From the IMG/VR virus record IMGVR_UViG_3300048762_000230, positions 1 to 38,784 of that record: DNA of 38,784 nucleotides; one strand, 5' to 3'. Below, one piece after another: positions 1-8,951 of this stretch. The position numbers and the translations under genes were made by a program. The number at the start of each line of letters is the position of its first letter. Positions within the stretch are counted from its first letter, which is position 1. A model generated the notes under the pieces. That model did not search any database. It was not told the DNA's origin and worked only from the letters and a program-made list of their open reading frames with translations. Origin of the DNA: a virus. Lineage: Duplodnaviria; Caudoviricetes.

Positions 1-51
1 GTACACCAACGGAAGCACAGAAAATGACAACTTATGGGTTGATTTCCCCAT
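1..51 (-). CDS. Possible 5' end of a gene downstream of the repressor (MGKSTHKLSFSVLPLVY..., runs off window)
   Basis: ATG at 51-49 with GAGG about 10 nt upstream; frame open to the window edge. Confidence 0.3.
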   Translation of the reverse strand, partial: MGKSTHKLSFSVLPLVY

Positions 52-109
52 TGCCAAACCCGACCTCTCGCAGGCAAGATTGAACCGCATTTTAGGGCGA
101 GGCGTATAA

Positions 110-679
110 TTATGATTCACCGGGACGATTCCTTGGATCCTCAGACGAGGGCTTTGGTGAATAAGTTGTCCGCGAAGCAACGCCTGGCGCTCGCCCGGAG
201 GCACGCCCGCCGCGCTTTGATACTTTTCGCTTGGTGTCAGGCGACCCCTTCGTTAGCGCGCGACTCTCAGATGCAAAAATGTCTCCGGTGTTTGGCGAAG
301 TTTTCAAAGAACTAGGCCGCTTCGGACGGCCCCCTCCGCTTCCCTGAAGCAGTGAATCAATGAGATCCTCGGCGAGCTCCTGTTTTCCTGGCGGGAGTTC
401 TAAAAATCTTCCAGCAACGGCGATCGCCTTATCATGTTTTTCAGTGGCGCCAGGCAAACCGACCTCCGCCGCGCGCCGCATGCGGTCAACCTCCCCGCGT
501 ACGGCGCGCCGGATCTGTTGCAGCGTCCGCATTCCGCATTTCTGATATCCCCCTAGATATTTCCGGAGCGTCTCCGTTTTGACAAAGGAAAGATCGGCGA
601 TCTTGTCCAGGGTCAAATGGCTTTCATCGAGCAGCGCCCGCAGTTCCTCTGCCTGCCTCGGAAAGTTCATCTGATTCAT
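110..679 (-). CDS. Phage repressor, XRE-type HTH with basic low-complexity C-terminal tail
   Basis: LRALLDESHLTLDKIADLSFVKTETLRKYLGG HTH pattern; divergent from the early operon; start taken at ATG 679 (or 670) because 680-740 is an AT-rich control region. Confidence 0.8.
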   Translation of the reverse strand: MNQMNFPRQAEELRALLDESHLTLDKIADLSFVKTETLRKYLGGYQKCGMRTLQQIRRAVRGEVDRMRRAAEVGLPGATEKHDKAIAVAGRFLELPPGKQELAEDLIDSLLQGSGGGRPKRPSSLKTSPNTGDIFASESRALTKGSPDTKRKVSKRGGRASGRAPGVASRTTYSPKPSSEDPRNRPGES

Positions 680-704
680 CCCCAAAAATATTTTAAAAAA
701 AGTG

Positions 705-733
705 TTGACCGTCATACCATGACAACCGATAGT
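705..733 (+). promoter_or_regulatory. Early promoter (Pe-like): -35 TTGACC, 17 bp spacer, -10 GATAGT
   Basis: TTGACC 705-710, GATAGT 728-733, A/T-rich UP-like tract 685-701. Confidence 0.7.
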
Positions 734-744
734 CATGGTATGAC
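711..744. promoter_or_regulatory. Operator: perfect 13-bp inverted repeat GTCATACCATGAC-N8-GTCATGGTATGAC
   Basis: Arms 711-723 and 732-744; each arm is itself a GTCAT-N3-ATGAC palindrome; overlaps the promoter and the ner start. Confidence 0.8.
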
Positions 745-931
745 TAGTCACAGTCAAGACAATGAAATACGGAAATGGGCGAAAGTCAAAGGGCAATTAA
801 TCGGTACTTTTACGACCGTTCGAAGCGCTGCTCTGGCTTGTGGCTGTCATCCCAATTCTTTTCGCCTTGCCGCGCGCGGTCAGTGCCCCCGCATCCGGGC
901 ATGGCTGGAGGCCAATAATGTCAGAACCTGA
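740..931 (+). CDS. Ner/Cro-like small DNA-binding protein (63 aa)
   Basis: First early gene opposite the repressor; TVRSAALACGCHPNSFRLA HTH-like segment. Confidence 0.65.
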   Translation: MTSHSQDNEIRKWAKVKGQLIGTFTTVRSAALACGCHPNSFRLAARGQCPRIRAWLEANNVRT

Positions 932-1148
932 GTCAACGCAGTATTTTGTCTCCGAGAGCATAAAGCTGGCGCGCCAGATGAACTTGCCTGATGCGCGACA
1001 CTACCTCCGGGGGATGCTCAATCTCATTGGCGACGTGGAGGAGGCCCACGATATCCGCGACGCCGCCATCCTCCTGGATCAGTCCGACCGCCAACTGGAA
1101 CTCATTTCGATTACGAACTCGCATCGCGGGTCTCGACCGGAACGATGA
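918..1148 (+). CDS. Hypothetical protein (76 aa)
   Basis: GGAGG at 907-911 upstream of ATG 918; operon position. Confidence 0.65.
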   Translation: MSEPESTQYFVSESIKLARQMNLPDARHYLRGMLNLIGDVEEAHDIRDAAILLDQSDRQLELISITNSHRGSRPER

Positions 1149-1160
1149 GGAGAAACCGCA

Positions 1161-1295
1161 ATGAGTACTACTTTTAAAGTTGTCTTCGGCGTCTTCGCCG
1201 TCAACGCCATCCTCATTGTCGCCTTCGTTATTGCATGGCAGGTGCGTGAGGTGCGGTGGCTCCTTCGAGAAATAAAGCGCTTCATCAAGAGCTAA
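1161..1295 (+). CDS. Small single-pass membrane protein (44 aa, not in ORF track)
   Basis: GAGGAG SD; MSTTFKVVFGVFAVNAILIVAFVIAWQVREVRWLLREIKRFIKS. Confidence 0.6.
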   Translation: MSTTFKVVFGVFAVNAILIVAFVIAWQVREVRWLLREIKRFIKS

Positions 1296-1314
1296 TTTAA
1301 ATCTGATCAACGAC

Positions 1315-2082
1315 ATGAACTCCACTATGGAAACAACCAGAAAGCAACAACCTCTGACCAAAATCATCGATGTCACACCGGCGTTGGCTGGGAAACGCGT
1401 AGCTGCCGCTGTGGCTGAAGCCCTGAGATCTGTTGAGGATGCGCGGCAAAAGTGTTTTGTGGCTGGCCAGCTCATGGCTGAGTTTAAGGAGGCAGTCGGC
1501 CATGGAGCCTTCCTGCAGTGGCTGCGTGATAATTTTCCGGACATGTCCGAAGACACCGCCCAGCGATGGATGATGGCGGCAGGCAATATCATCAGGGCGC
1601 TGCCGCCAATCCCGGCCGCGATCGACGTTGAGACGATTTCAATATCACAGATTCTCACGATGCCGGAGGCTGAACTGTCCGAGAATCAGCGCGAGTGGAA
1701 ACAGCAATGGTTCGACTTTACGTCGGACAAGACGATCAAAGAATGCCTGGCTGGGGTCTTTGTGGAGGGTGATTCGGCCTCGCGTGTGGATCGGGCGATC
1801 AACGGCAAGACCAAGGGCGGCGCCGGCGGCGACCGTAAGGATTTTCCACTTTTCGTCGCGGTGAAGCTCAAGGATATGGGGACGCATTTCGGGCACTGGA
1901 AGGGCATGACTGAGACGCAGCGCACCGAGGTGAAGGACGTGCTGAGGGCTTCAATCCTCGGGGATGCGGTGACGTTGCGCGGGCGTAACCGCAAACCGTT
2001 CACCTTCCAGACGTGGCCTGATGAAGTGTGCGTTGTCGCCATCGAGGCGCTCAAGGACCGGCTGAAAGCGAGGAAGGCATAA
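1315..2082 (+). CDS. DUF3102-like protein
   Basis: AGQLMAEFKEAVGHGAFLQWLRDNF..SEDTAQRWM motif; typical position upstream of Mu-like transposases. Confidence 0.75.
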   Translation: MNSTMETTRKQQPLTKIIDVTPALAGKRVAAAVAEALRSVEDARQKCFVAGQLMAEFKEAVGHGAFLQWLRDNFPDMSEDTAQRWMMAAGNIIRALPPIPAAIDVETISISQILTMPEAELSENQREWKQQWFDFTSDKTIKECLAGVFVEGDSASRVDRAINGKTKGGAGGDRKDFPLFVAVKLKDMGTHFGHWKGMTETQRTEVKDVLRASILGDAVTLRGRNRKPFTFQTWPDEVCVVAIEALKDRLKARKA

Positions 2083-4199
2083 TGAACAGCCGATTTCCAA
2101 TGGTCGATGGTGAAATTTCCGCGCCGGCCGAACCAGAGACCGGGTTGCCGGCGCCATTTGATTCCAGGGTGCGCTCAATGCCGGATGTGGAGGCGGGTAT
2201 GGTGTCGGAAGAAACCTCCGAACGGGTACCGCGGGCTGAGCTGTCCCGCGATGGCGAGGGTTACGCCATTGGGTTGCCTCATGTAAACACCACTCCGCAG
2301 TCCGGCATTGACCGCCCTCTGGAAGTTACAGATTACGATTGGAAAGAGGCGGAGGCCAAGGCGGCAATTTGCCGGGAGTTCCAGCGCATGACCGGCGAGG
2401 GCTTCTCGCTGCGCCAGGCCGCAGCGGGATTGGGCAAGTCAGGAAGTTGGTTCAGCGGTCCGGATTCACCACTGGCCAGGTTTGAGCGCGAGGGCGTGGC
2501 CGGGCTCTTGCCACAGCGCCGCGCGGCAGGCGCGCCGATCACATTTGAAGTGCCGGAATGGTTCATTCCTGCGGCCCGGTTTTTCTACCTCCTCACCAAT
2601 CGAACAGAAAACGGCGGTTCCGTGCCTGAATCTATACGCCGCGTCATATCGTTGCCGTGTCTGCCCCCTGGCTGGACCCGTAAAGTTACCGGTCAGTTTT
2701 TAGCGGCGGTTTCTGCCCAGGAAACTCCAGTGTGCCCCGCGGAATTGCGCGATCAGATCCTGGCACGGGAGAAGGCCGGCCAATCACTCGTGACAGAGCG
2801 GATCGCCCGCCAGATCACAGCGCGAACAGCCATCGTCCGCCAGCATCGCCACCCGACAAACGCCGCGCTTGATTACCTGTGCGCGCCCGGCTCTATGTTT
2901 TTCATTCACGATTCCAGGACGGGTGAGCGACGGCCGCCAATGGTCGGCGAAGTGATCGAAGCGGACGATGCCACGATCAATTTCCCCGTGTGCGTGCCCT
3001 GGACGCTGGGTGGGGATCCGTGCAGCGACAAATACGGTGTAAAGGTTGGCCGGTTCCAATGGCTCGTGTCCATTGATGCGGCGAGGGGCTACGTGACCGC
3101 CTACAGCTACACCATGCGCCCGCGCGGCAGTTACCGCGGCGAAGATGCGCTGGCCCTGGTCCGTGCCCATTGCCTCCAGCACGGCAAACCGAAACGTGCC
3201 CACTTTGAACAGGGTGTATGGAAGAGCAACCTGGTGAAGGCAGCGCTTGCGGCCGCTGACATCGAACTGCACACAGTGTGGAGCCCGCACCAAAAGCCGC
3301 ACATCGAAGGGCTGTTCAACACCCTTTGGACCAAGCTTTCGGTGCACTTCCCCGACGCTCATGTTGGCCGGTTCCGTGGAGAGCATGAAGCCGCCAATGA
3401 CTTACTGGTTGCCTGTCAGCGTGGCAGCCGGAATCCGCGCCGCCATTTTCCAATGTTGGGAGATGCAATCGCAGCTTTCGACGCGGCTGTCGCGGAGAAG
3501 AACCGAACGCCTGTCAACAGCGCCATCGGCAGGTGGATCCCAGAAGAGGCGTGGACAGCGCGACAGCCCGGCGATCGCCTGGCCGTCGAAACTGAATGGC
3601 TATTCAGTCCGTGGCAGCGCACCTGGACCGTGAGGGGAATGTTGGTGGGCGGAAAGGTGCCCCTCTTTGAAGATTTGAGCGTGCCGTTTGATTTCAGCGC
3701 CAATTGGCTGCCGAATTATCACGGCGCGAAGGTCCGCTGTCATTTCGACCCCACCGCCCCCCGTTGCCACGCAATGCTGGTTCTTGCGGAGCCGTTCTCT
3801 GGCGAGCCCGCCGGCAAGGTGTTGGGGCTGGCACAGCAGATCAATGAGCTGGCCGGTTATGCGCGCCTGGTGCTCGGCTGGGGTGATGATCCCGCCAATG
3901 CCGGGCGGCTGGCCCGCCAGCAGGCCGCGGCGGCTCTGCGGCGCGAGGTCCGCGCGATCGTGCCGGGCGGCCACGGCTACGCCGCCAGCGAAGAGCGGGA
4001 TGGAGTAGCCAACGCGATAAAGATTTCTCGCGAGCAGAATCACCAGGAGAAGGAGGCACCGGATCGAAGTAGGCAACCACAGGTTGCTGAAACCAAGCCC
4101 TTAAATTCTTCCACCGCGGAACGCTGCTCGCGAGATTCTGACTTGAAGGAGCGTGAAGCGGCCCTGGCCGGCGAGGAGTGCGCCCTGGATTTTCTGTAA
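2082..4199 (+). CDS. MuA-like DDE transposase
   Basis: N-terminal HTH (SLRQAAAGLGKS); RNase H-like core EADDAT...HFEQG...QKPHIEGLFNTL; TAATG coupling; upstream of AAA ATPase. Confidence 0.85.
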   Translation: MNSRFPMVDGEISAPAEPETGLPAPFDSRVRSMPDVEAGMVSEETSERVPRAELSRDGEGYAIGLPHVNTTPQSGIDRPLEVTDYDWKEAEAKAAICREFQRMTGEGFSLRQAAAGLGKSGSWFSGPDSPLARFEREGVAGLLPQRRAAGAPITFEVPEWFIPAARFFYLLTNRTENGGSVPESIRRVISLPCLPPGWTRKVTGQFLAAVSAQETPVCPAELRDQILAREKAGQSLVTERIARQITARTAIVRQHRHPTNAALDYLCAPGSMFFIHDSRTGERRPPMVGEVIEADDATINFPVCVPWTLGGDPCSDKYGVKVGRFQWLVSIDAARGYVTAYSYTMRPRGSYRGEDALALVRAHCLQHGKPKRAHFEQGVWKSNLVKAALAAADIELHTVWSPHQKPHIEGLFNTLWTKLSVHFPDAHVGRFRGEHEAANDLLVACQRGSRNPRRHFPMLGDAIAAFDAAVAEKNRTPVNSAIGRWIPEEAWTARQPGDRLAVETEWLFSPWQRTWTVRGMLVGGKVPLFEDLSVPFDFSANWLPNYHGAKVRCHFDPTAPRCHAMLVLAEPFSGEPAGKVLGLAQQINELAGYARLVLGWGDDPANAGRLARQQAAAALRREVRAIVPGGHGYAASEERDGVANAIKISREQNHQEKEAPDRSRQPQVAETKPLNSSTAERCSRDSDLKEREAALAGEECALDFL

Positions 4200-4223
4200 C
4201 CCTCAACCCCATGAAATGCACAA

Positions 4224-5246
4224 ATGCACACCGAACTTAAAAAAGTAGCTCAACAGATCAAGGACTATCAGGACCGTCGCGGCCTCTCTGATGCGGGCCT
4301 GTGCCGTGAGTTCGCCGGCCTTGGCTCCAGCAAGACCTATAAGAACATTCTCAGCGGTGACACCGCCGAACTCAATATTGACCGGCAGCTTCAAAACTAC
4401 ACCCGCGTCCTGGAGTTGACACGCATCAAGCCGGATCCGGATGCCGGCGCGATCTACGACGATCTGCGGCATGTGCGCCAGACGTTGCTGGCGGTCAAGG
4501 AAGCGTACCTCGAGAAGGGCAACGATCACCTGGTTATCATCGAAGGCCCCACCGGCAGCGGCAAAACCGAGACGCTGGGATTGGTTGAGCGCGAGTTTGG
4601 AAATGCTGCAATCAGGACCGAGGCGCATGGGGGTTGGAAGATTGGCAACAACCCGCTCACAGTGATGGCCGGGGACCTCCTGGAAGTCGCGCGCTTGCGG
4701 GAATATGGAGAGAAATCCGACGGGGCGGAAAACAAGGCTTCCGCCGCGGACTCCCTGCCGGTTTCGTTTGCAGCTCGGAAGAAGAAGCTTTTTGACGCCC
4801 TGAATGAGCGCAAGCGGATCCTGATCATAGATGAAGGCCAGGAGATGGGGCCGTCTTGCCTGAACCTGCTCAAGAGTATCATCAACCAGACGCCGACGGT
4901 GATTGTTCTGGGGGTCATCCCGACAATTTTCCGCCGGCTCGAAAGCAAGAGCTATGAGGACGCCATCCAGCTCACAGGTAATCGCCTTTACGAGCGGATC
5001 CGCATTCCCTCACCGCAGCCGCCGGAAATCACGAAGTTTTTAGAGCGTCGTGGTGTGAAGTTTACGGACCTGGACACGGCTGAGAAGTGTGTTGCCAAGC
5101 TGGCTGAGATGGCCCCTTACAGCGCCAACTGGAAGTTCATCACCCGATTTGCACGCCGCGCCAAGGCCGCCAAGGGCGGCTTGGACATCGAGCAGTGTGT
5201 TGAGCACATCACGGCCATTGAGAAGGCCAGGAAGGGGGCAGCGTGA
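4224..5246 (+). CDS. MuB-like transposition AAA+ ATPase
   Basis: Walker A GPTGSGKT, Walker B ILIIDEGQ, N-terminal HTH. Confidence 0.9.
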   Translation: MHTELKKVAQQIKDYQDRRGLSDAGLCREFAGLGSSKTYKNILSGDTAELNIDRQLQNYTRVLELTRIKPDPDAGAIYDDLRHVRQTLLAVKEAYLEKGNDHLVIIEGPTGSGKTETLGLVEREFGNAAIRTEAHGGWKIGNNPLTVMAGDLLEVARLREYGEKSDGAENKASAADSLPVSFAARKKKLFDALNERKRILIIDEGQEMGPSCLNLLKSIINQTPTVIVLGVIPTIFRRLESKSYEDAIQLTGNRLYERIRIPSPQPPEITKFLERRGVKFTDLDTAEKCVAKLAEMAPYSANWKFITRFARRAKAAKGGLDIEQCVEHITAIEKARKGAA

Positions 5247-5677
5247 TTGTTGGTGAGACCAAGCCCCGCGGTTCCAAGACTCTCCCGCTGCACATCAGCG
5301 ATGATGGCAGCCTCTATATTGTGCGCGTGCGGCGCGGGCCGATGACATTCCGCGCCAGTGTGGCCAAATCCTCTTCGGACGCGCTGAATCATGCCCTGCG
5401 CTTGCGTGATCAATTCCTGATCGCATCCGGTCCGGCCCTCTATAAAAACCAGCGCTGGCCTTCCCATGCGCGCAGCAACACGGGGCTGGTTGGGATCAGC
5501 GAGACGGTAAAGTGGACGCAATACCGCCCGCGCTACTGCTTTGCTGTCTCCACGGCCTGGACGCATCCGACCATGAAGCGGGTTTATTTCGGGCCACACA
5601 GCCGCACCCGCGCCGAGGCGCTGCGGATGGCCCGTGGATATCGCGCCCGGATGAAAGCGACGGTGGCACATGCCTGA
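5243..5677 (+). CDS. AP2-like DNA-binding protein
   Basis: RSNTGLVGIS...KRVYFG...RAEALRMARGYR pattern. Confidence 0.55.
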   Translation: MIVGETKPRGSKTLPLHISDDGSLYIVRVRRGPMTFRASVAKSSSDALNHALRLRDQFLIASGPALYKNQRWPSHARSNTGLVGISETVKWTQYRPRYCFAVSTAWTHPTMKRVYFGPHSRTRAEALRMARGYRARMKATVAHA

Positions 5678-5861
5678 GTACCCTTACAAACAGATCGAGG
5701 TGGAAGACCTCAATTGCACCGGCACCGCGACGTTCACGCGCCAGGATCGCGAGACGGAACTTGTCACGATCGAGATCGGTGCCCCCGTGTTCCATATCGA
5801 CCCGCTGACGCTGCATGTGATCGGCCAAATCATGGCGGATGATCGGATTCAACTGCACTAA
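5670..5861 (+). CDS. Hypothetical protein
   Basis: Overlapping operon arrangement. Confidence 0.55.
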   Translation: MPEYPYKQIEVEDLNCTGTATFTRQDRETELVTIEIGAPVFHIDPLTLHVIGQIMADDRIQLH

Positions 5862-5865
5862 AGCT

Positions 5866-6375
5866 ATGGCCGCCCCGCTGACTAAAGGTCAAAAGGCTTA
5901 CCTGGCGCAGCTCGCCAGGCGGGCATTCAACATGGCTCTCGCCAAGGCGCGCGGCAGCGGGAATACGTTCGACGGTTCGGACGATCCTTCGGATACACTC
6001 TTGCGCGATGAGGGGGCGTGGCGTCACGCGCAGGTGGCTCTCTCGTGTGGAAAGTTGGGGCTCCGTTGTTGCAGCCAGGACGATTACCGAATCATTGAAG
6101 GCCACTTCCTTGAACTGCTCGGCCAGCATGGAGCGGCTTTCAACGCCCAGATGCATGCGTCCACGGAAAAGAAGCGCGTGGCTCAATTTAAGGTGATGGA
6201 GGCGTGCAAACGATTCGGCTTGAGCATCGGCTACGCGGCTCACATCGCGAAAAATCAAAATAACGGCTCGGCCCTGGAGGATCTCAGCGAACGCGCGCTC
6301 TGGAATCTGGTTTACACGATCAACAACCGGGGCCGCAAAAAAACCCAAGCTCTGGCCCGCGAGATGACCCCATGA
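5866..6375 (+). CDS. GemA (DUF1018)-like protein
   Basis: LTKGQKAYLAQLARRA N-terminus, C-terminal LEDLSERALWNLV; Mu semi-essential region position. Confidence 0.5.
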   Translation: MAAPLTKGQKAYLAQLARRAFNMALAKARGSGNTFDGSDDPSDTLLRDEGAWRHAQVALSCGKLGLRCCSQDDYRIIEGHFLELLGQHGAAFNAQMHASTEKKRVAQFKVMEACKRFGLSIGYAAHIAKNQNNGSALEDLSERALWNLVYTINNRGRKKTQALAREMTP

Positions 6376-6569
6376 AATCCTCCGCGACCATGTTCATCGT
6401 CCGGGTGCACCGTTACGCCGTCCATTTCCACACCAATCTTTGCGGGAAGGTCTATTCCGTCGTGCGCGATGGAGAGGCTACCCGGTTTTACAGCCAGGTG
6501 GACGCCGCGCGGGCCGCCCGGGACTGCAATCTCAATCCGGCGGAGTACACGATTGAAAATGCACTATGA
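6372..6569 (+). CDS. Hypothetical protein
   Basis: ATGA coupling on both sides. Confidence 0.6.
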   Translation: MKSSATMFIVRVHRYAVHFHTNLCGKVYSVVRDGEATRFYSQVDAARAARDCNLNPAEYTIENAL

Positions 6570-6988
6570 CTATCGAATTAAAAATTGAGGAGATGGAACA
6601 GCGGGTGAGAAATCTGGAAACCATGTTTGGAGTGGGTCCGAAATTGCAGCTAGGCACGCACCGCCTGCAGGTCAAGGCCATCCAGATCAAGATCTGCCGA
6701 GGCTTTGACATCACGATGCATGATCTTCTTGGGACATGCCGGGAGCAGCGTTTTGTTCACCCGCGCTTTTTGGCCATTTGGCTGGCGCGCAAGATCACCC
6801 AGGCCCCATGCAGCCACCTTGGTCTCCTGTTTCATCGCGACCATGGCGCCATTAGCCACGCCTGCCGGACCGTGGAAGCGCTCATTGCCACCGAACCTAA
6901 TTACGCCGCTGAGGTCCGGCGATGGCTTGATGCGCTCAACCCAAAACAAGAAAGCACGAAAAGGACAATCCATGAACTCGCTCATTGA
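6566..6988 (+). CDS. DnaA C-terminal (domain IV)-like HTH protein
   Basis: DLLGTCREQRFVHPRFLAIWLARKIT...LGLLFHRDHGAISHACRTVE matches the Bac_DnaA_C pattern. Confidence 0.8.
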   Translation: MTIELKIEEMEQRVRNLETMFGVGPKLQLGTHRLQVKAIQIKICRGFDITMHDLLGTCREQRFVHPRFLAIWLARKITQAPCSHLGLLFHRDHGAISHACRTVEALIATEPNYAAEVRRWLDALNPKQESTKRTIHELAH

Positions 6989-7202
6989 ATTGAAGGATGA
7001 GTACAACCTCGAATTGCGCAGGCACCGACAAAAGAAAATCCTCGCCAAAATCGGAATCCTTACGGCTACGGCCGTTTCCTCTTACATCATCGGCGCAAGC
7101 CTCGCTGATCTTGGAGTGCGCAGTTTTTCCATCGCAGCCGCCGCGTTTGGCTGCGGTGCCTGGGGAGTCTGGGGCTGGTTTTTCCTCTTCAAACGGCATT
7201 GA
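6972..7202 (+). CDS. Small two-TM membrane protein
   Basis: AAGGA upstream of ATG 6972; two hydrophobic segments. Confidence 0.6.
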   Translation: MNSLIELKDEYNLELRRHRQKKILAKIGILTATAVSSYIIGASLADLGVRSFSIAAAAFGCGAWGVWGWFFLFKRH

Positions 7203-7238
7203 GCATTTAACAACGTAGAAGCGAAAGGACACTAAAGA

Positions 7239-7766
7239 ATGAAGCTACTTTCAATCACATCAGTCGAGGCCCTCGACGCGGCCGTGGCCTCCGTCGTGTG
7301 GCTCAAGGTTCAACACACCGAAGCAACCGCAACCAAGGACAGCGAGGTGGTCGCCCTGGAGAAAAAGCATCAGATGCGCATCCAGGGACTGGTCGATGGG
7401 ATCCACGATCTTGAGGCCGTAATTCTGGATTTCTGCCAGGCGCACCGCGATGAACTGTTCATCGACAAGAAGTCCCGGGAGACAACACTGGCCGTCATCG
7501 GTTTTGAACTGACGCCCTACCGCGTCGAGAAGGCCAAGAAACTCAAGTGGAGTGACGTGGTCAGCAGACTGCTCAAGCTGTCCTGGGGCAAAGCTTACGT
7601 GCGCCAGCCTGAGCCGCAGCCAGACAAGGACGCGCTCCTGAATGACCGGGAGAAGTTTAAGGAGATGCAGTTGATCGCCGCCGGCATCAAGTTCGACCGC
7701 GATGAACAATTCTTCATCCGGCCAAAGCCGGAGACGGCGGCCGATTCAGTGAAGGAGGCGGCGTGA
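7239..7766 (+). CDS. gam: Mu Gam-like host-nuclease inhibitor
   Basis: Coiled-coil N-terminus, FCQAHRDELF..KKSRE...IGF, DKDALL...AAGI....EQFFIRP. Confidence 0.85.
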   Translation: MKLLSITSVEALDAAVASVVWLKVQHTEATATKDSEVVALEKKHQMRIQGLVDGIHDLEAVILDFCQAHRDELFIDKKSRETTLAVIGFELTPYRVEKAKKLKWSDVVSRLLKLSWGKAYVRQPEPQPDKDALLNDREKFKEMQLIAAGIKFDRDEQFFIRPKPETAADSVKEAA

Positions 7767-7779
7767 CAGAAAGGCGAGA

Positions 7780-8211
7780 ATGAGTGACGACACGCGCCAA
7801 CGGATTATTGCCCTGCACGCTATCTATATCCAATTGACGGGCTTGACGCTGCCGCTGGACATGCACCGGGAATCAGTCTGGTACGAATGGCAACGGCGCG
7901 GGCATGGCGAACGGGAGCTGCGCGACGTGGTCGCGCACATCCGGCAGGGCATTGCCTCCCAGCGCCGCAATCCAGGCGCCCTCAAGTTTTCCAACCTGAT
8001 AGGGCAGCCTGATTATTTCGAGGAGGACCTGGCCGAAGCTCGCGCCATGGCGCGCGCTCGAAGCGCCAGGCACCAGGGCGCCAAGGCCGTGGCGCTCCGT
8101 TCCACCGGCCGCGAGATCTGTGTCCAAAAGACCGAGGCGAGGACCGCTGCCGAGATCATCGCCGCCGAGAAGGCGTTCGAGAACTTCCGGGCCTTGAAAG
8201 GCAAGCTGTGA
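7780..8211 (+). CDS. Hypothetical protein
   Basis: Operon position, coupling to next gene. Confidence 0.7.
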   Translation: MSDDTRQRIIALHAIYIQLTGLTLPLDMHRESVWYEWQRRGHGERELRDVVAHIRQGIASQRRNPGALKFSNLIGQPDYFEEDLAEARAMARARSARHQGAKAVALRSTGREICVQKTEARTAAEIIAAEKAFENFRALKGKL

Positions 8212-8507
8212 ACCCCGTCGATTTCCGGGATGCAACATTTCACGGCCTGCGCGGGTCGCTTGAAGGGATGCGGTTGGCGGCATATGACGCATGGGTCAAA
8301 TTCGGCCCGGGAACCACGCGCCAGATCGCTGAGCAGTGCGGGATTGACCTGCTGACGTTCCGGCCGCGCACGACAGACCTTTGTCAAGTGGGCCTGGTGA
8401 AAGTAGCCGGGGCAAAGGACGGTGAGGGAATCTACGAGGCCGCGCCGCAGAGCGATTGGGAACGATGGCGCGAGGATAAAGTCAACGCTCAAATGCAATT
8501 GATCTAG
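8208..8507 (+). CDS. Winged-helix DNA-binding protein
   Basis: GPGTTRQIAEQCGIDLLTFRPRTTDLCQVGLV wHTH pattern. Confidence 0.6.
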   Translation: MNPVDFRDATFHGLRGSLEGMRLAAYDAWVKFGPGTTRQIAEQCGIDLLTFRPRTTDLCQVGLVKVAGAKDGEGIYEAAPQSDWERWREDKVNAQMQLI

Positions 8508-8523
8508 TCACAAACCAAACGCC

Positions 8524-8922
8524 ATGGCTGAAACAATTAAAATATCAGGGATGAAGTCGAGCCTGGGCGCCCTCAGGCGCATGGCGCGAGCAGCGAAGGT
8601 TGCGGCGCCGGCGCCGGTCAGTCCGTTCATTCACCGTCCTGGCGCGCGGCCCCCATTGATTACGACTCCATGGACCAGGATTCCGCAGCCGGATGGCAGC
8701 TTCGTGATGCGTCCAGGCAAACCCGTGATTCAAGATGAGGAAATCGGAACGGCCCACGCCGCAAGGATTCTCGGGCTGAGCCAGCGCCGCATAGAATCCA
8801 TGTGCGATGAAGGCGTGTTAGCGCAGGGCGAGGACTGGTGGCGGATGCCAGGCTCCAGCCGGCCCGGGAAGTACCGGATCAAGCTCGCGTCGGTGATGAG
8901 ACTGCGTATGGGGGAAGGCTGA
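8524..8922 (+). CDS. Xis/MerR-like (HTH_17) DNA-binding protein; candidate late activator
   Basis: IGTAHAARILGLSQRRIESMCDEGVL...GKYRIKLASV. Confidence 0.65.
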   Translation: MAETIKISGMKSSLGALRRMARAAKVAAPAPVSPFIHRPGARPPLITTPWTRIPQPDGSFVMRPGKPVIQDEEIGTAHAARILGLSQRRIESMCDEGVLAQGEDWWRMPGSSRPGKYRIKLASVMRLRMGEG

Positions 8923-8951
8923 TGACGATCTAAGCCAGGAAGATCAATTCT

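Noticed and set aside
1-60. Left phage end (window starts GTACA; ATGGGT at 34-39 resembles the inverted end repeat)
   Set aside because: No initial TG and only a 6-bp match; the left end probably lies outside the window
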